Source: Lama glama
Taxonomy: Eukaryota
Direction of reading: 5' to 3'
Length of the DNA stretch: 64,000 bases
Assembly: GCA_028534125.1 (NCBI GenBank)
Contig: CM052816.1
Location: forward strand, 91,948,001 to 92,012,000
The notes beneath the pieces are model-generated. The model did not search any database. It was not told the origin of the DNA and saw nothing but the letters and a program-made list of their open reading frames with translations. Position numbers and translations under genes: made by a program. This document shows positions 62,231 to 64,000 of the stretch, piece after piece (the first letter of the stretch is position 1; each line of letters starts with the position of its first letter).

Positions 62231-63304
62231 AGTCTGTCCAGTTGTTTTTTAAAGTGTTAATGATGTTAGAGCTCAAGCCCGTTGACTGCTAATCATACAT
62301 TAAACCAACATAAACATGGTTCTGGGGATATTTGATTCAATTAACTGTTTGTCATATTCCAACTTGGGAACAGCTGTAAGTGTAACCTCTACTACAATAA
62401 GGTATTGACACATTTCTCATCTTCTTTTTTCCTAGTGAAAAACCACAATGGCAACAAATATTTGGAATCTCTGTACAATAAGCGTCACCAGCCTACTTAT
62501 CTCTCTCAGCTACCCTGTTTTTGCAGGGGCTAGGGAATTGCAAAATTAAGAGGACAGGATGACATAGAAGAAGCAATTATTTTTATCAAAGGTTTCACTT
62601 CTTTTTGTTTTCTGTGTCATTCTGCATCATTTAATCAATGGAAATTTCTGGATCCCTGCCATCCAAGTCAGAGCCCTTTAAATGGAAACAGCAACCATGA
62701 GCCACAATAACAGGTTTCCCACTTCCAAGAGCAGTTGACGCTTTGGGGTCAGAGCACAGAAGACCTTTAGCTAGATCTCTCAAGAAGTGAGGAATAGCTT
62801 CACGTTGCATAATGATTTGATTTTCCAAGTCCTTTAATTTTTGTGTTTCCCAATGAAAGCCTCCCCTTATTTGTCACTTAGACATGTTGTGACCAAGTAA
62901 ATTGGGCTACAGGCAAATAAGAGAAAGCAGTAAAAAGTCCCAGAGTCTAGAAGTTGTCAAATGCCCATCAGACCAGGGCCAACTCAAGGGCATTCAGTGT
63001 CTGTTAATGCTTTTCCTATAGAGGCTGTCAGATCCACACTTTACAAACTCCCGCTAAAATGCGTGGTGTGGAGTCAATGAGAAATGTTTCCTTAATCAGC
63101 TGTTTCACTCCTATTCTTTCCAATAGTCCATGGAATGGTGGATTAACACCCTGTCTCAGTCTCATGCCTACCAGGGCAGAATTCCATCACTTACTTTTTC
63201 CACGGCTGTGTTACGGAAGTCAACTAATTCCAGCTTTCCTTTAGACCGAGTATTGATTCATCATTCATTAATGTTTGTAGGGTGAGTGGTTTTTCTAGAA
63301 ATAG

Positions 63305-63425
63305 TATAGAATCATGGAATTTTCAAGTTGGGAGGGTTTTAGAGATCAGAGTTCAACTCCTGTACTTGATAGATGAAGAATCTGTAATCAAGAGTGGACA
63401 AATGACTTAAATGGGGATAGCAGGG
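63305..63425 (-). mobile_element. MIR fragment
   Basis: 'agaatcatggaattttcaagttgggagggttttagagatcagagttcaactcc...atagatgaagaatctg'. Confidence 0.6.
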
Positions 63426-64000
63426 GCCCAGCACTGTTTAACCTGGGTTTGTTCTTTCTTCTTCAGCAAGCAAGGAGCCAGAAAACCACATCAGATCACA
63501 GAGAACAGCTCCAGCCCTGCCTTGAGCACTAGAAAAAGGAAGGGAGACCAGAGGTGTCAGAGCAGAGGTGATATTCACAAGACTAGCAACTGGTGTGGTA
63601 CAGGCACTGAGCAAGCAGCGTGGGTATTGGCCACACACCTGGAACAGGGTTCTGGGTGACTGCTGTGCTGGGCACGAAATTTTAGCTACTGAATACTGGG
63701 GAAATCTGGTGGGAACAAGGGAGGGGCTGGAGCAGCCAGGGATGGGGCTCTTGGAAAATGTGAGACAGAAGCCAAATAGACTAACCAACATGGAAGTATT
63801 TCAGTGTTTATACAACTGGTATTCCATATCAGCATGAGCCAGCCCAGCTTGGAAGAGTTGGTACTTATGGAAAAGGATGTAACTAACCATTTTATGTTCC
63901 AAGGACATAATGTGAAAACTCCATGGTACTTAGGGTCATTGCCAGGGAAAAGTAAAGGGAGGTGATTCTAGGTCTGTTGGTGACATCAATCTTGATATCT

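Noticed and set aside
1..64000. Prokaryotic-type systems (CRISPR arrays, operons, rRNA)
   Set aside because: The sequence is clearly mammalian; no regularly spaced repeat-spacer array, gene-dense region or rRNA was seen.

Overview
Mammalian, repeat-rich, non-coding DNA, most likely from a camelid (alpaca or camel), judged from three tRNA-derived Vic-1-type SINEs and young L1 ends. It contains two assembly gaps (100 N at 10325-10424; 500 N at 50496-50995). I found no intact protein-coding gene; the ORF-track entries I checked are L1 remnants or appear to be chance ORFs. Most of the window is L1, L2, MIR, MaLR/ERVL/ERV1 LTRs and MER DNA transposons. Points of interest: (1) a decayed minus-strand MARK2 processed pseudogene (~58045-59993) with the C-terminal coding exons joined, most of the KA1 domain deleted and apparently the whole 3'UTR; it lies just downstream of a strong splice acceptor and about 2 kb downstream of a candidate TATA promoter and first exon on the same strand; (2) an orphan CpG-island promoter with duplicated CCAAT/GC boxes (~10980-11690), fused to an old L1 ORF2 fragment with a strong AT-to-GC substitution bias and abutting a 3'-truncated young L1; (3) a ~118 bp near-perfect palindrome; (4) a MER41-like solo LTR and L1 insertions with clear target-site duplications (TSDs). 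Repeat family names and the MARK2 comparison come from remembered consensus sequences, not from database searches, and repeat boundaries are approximate.
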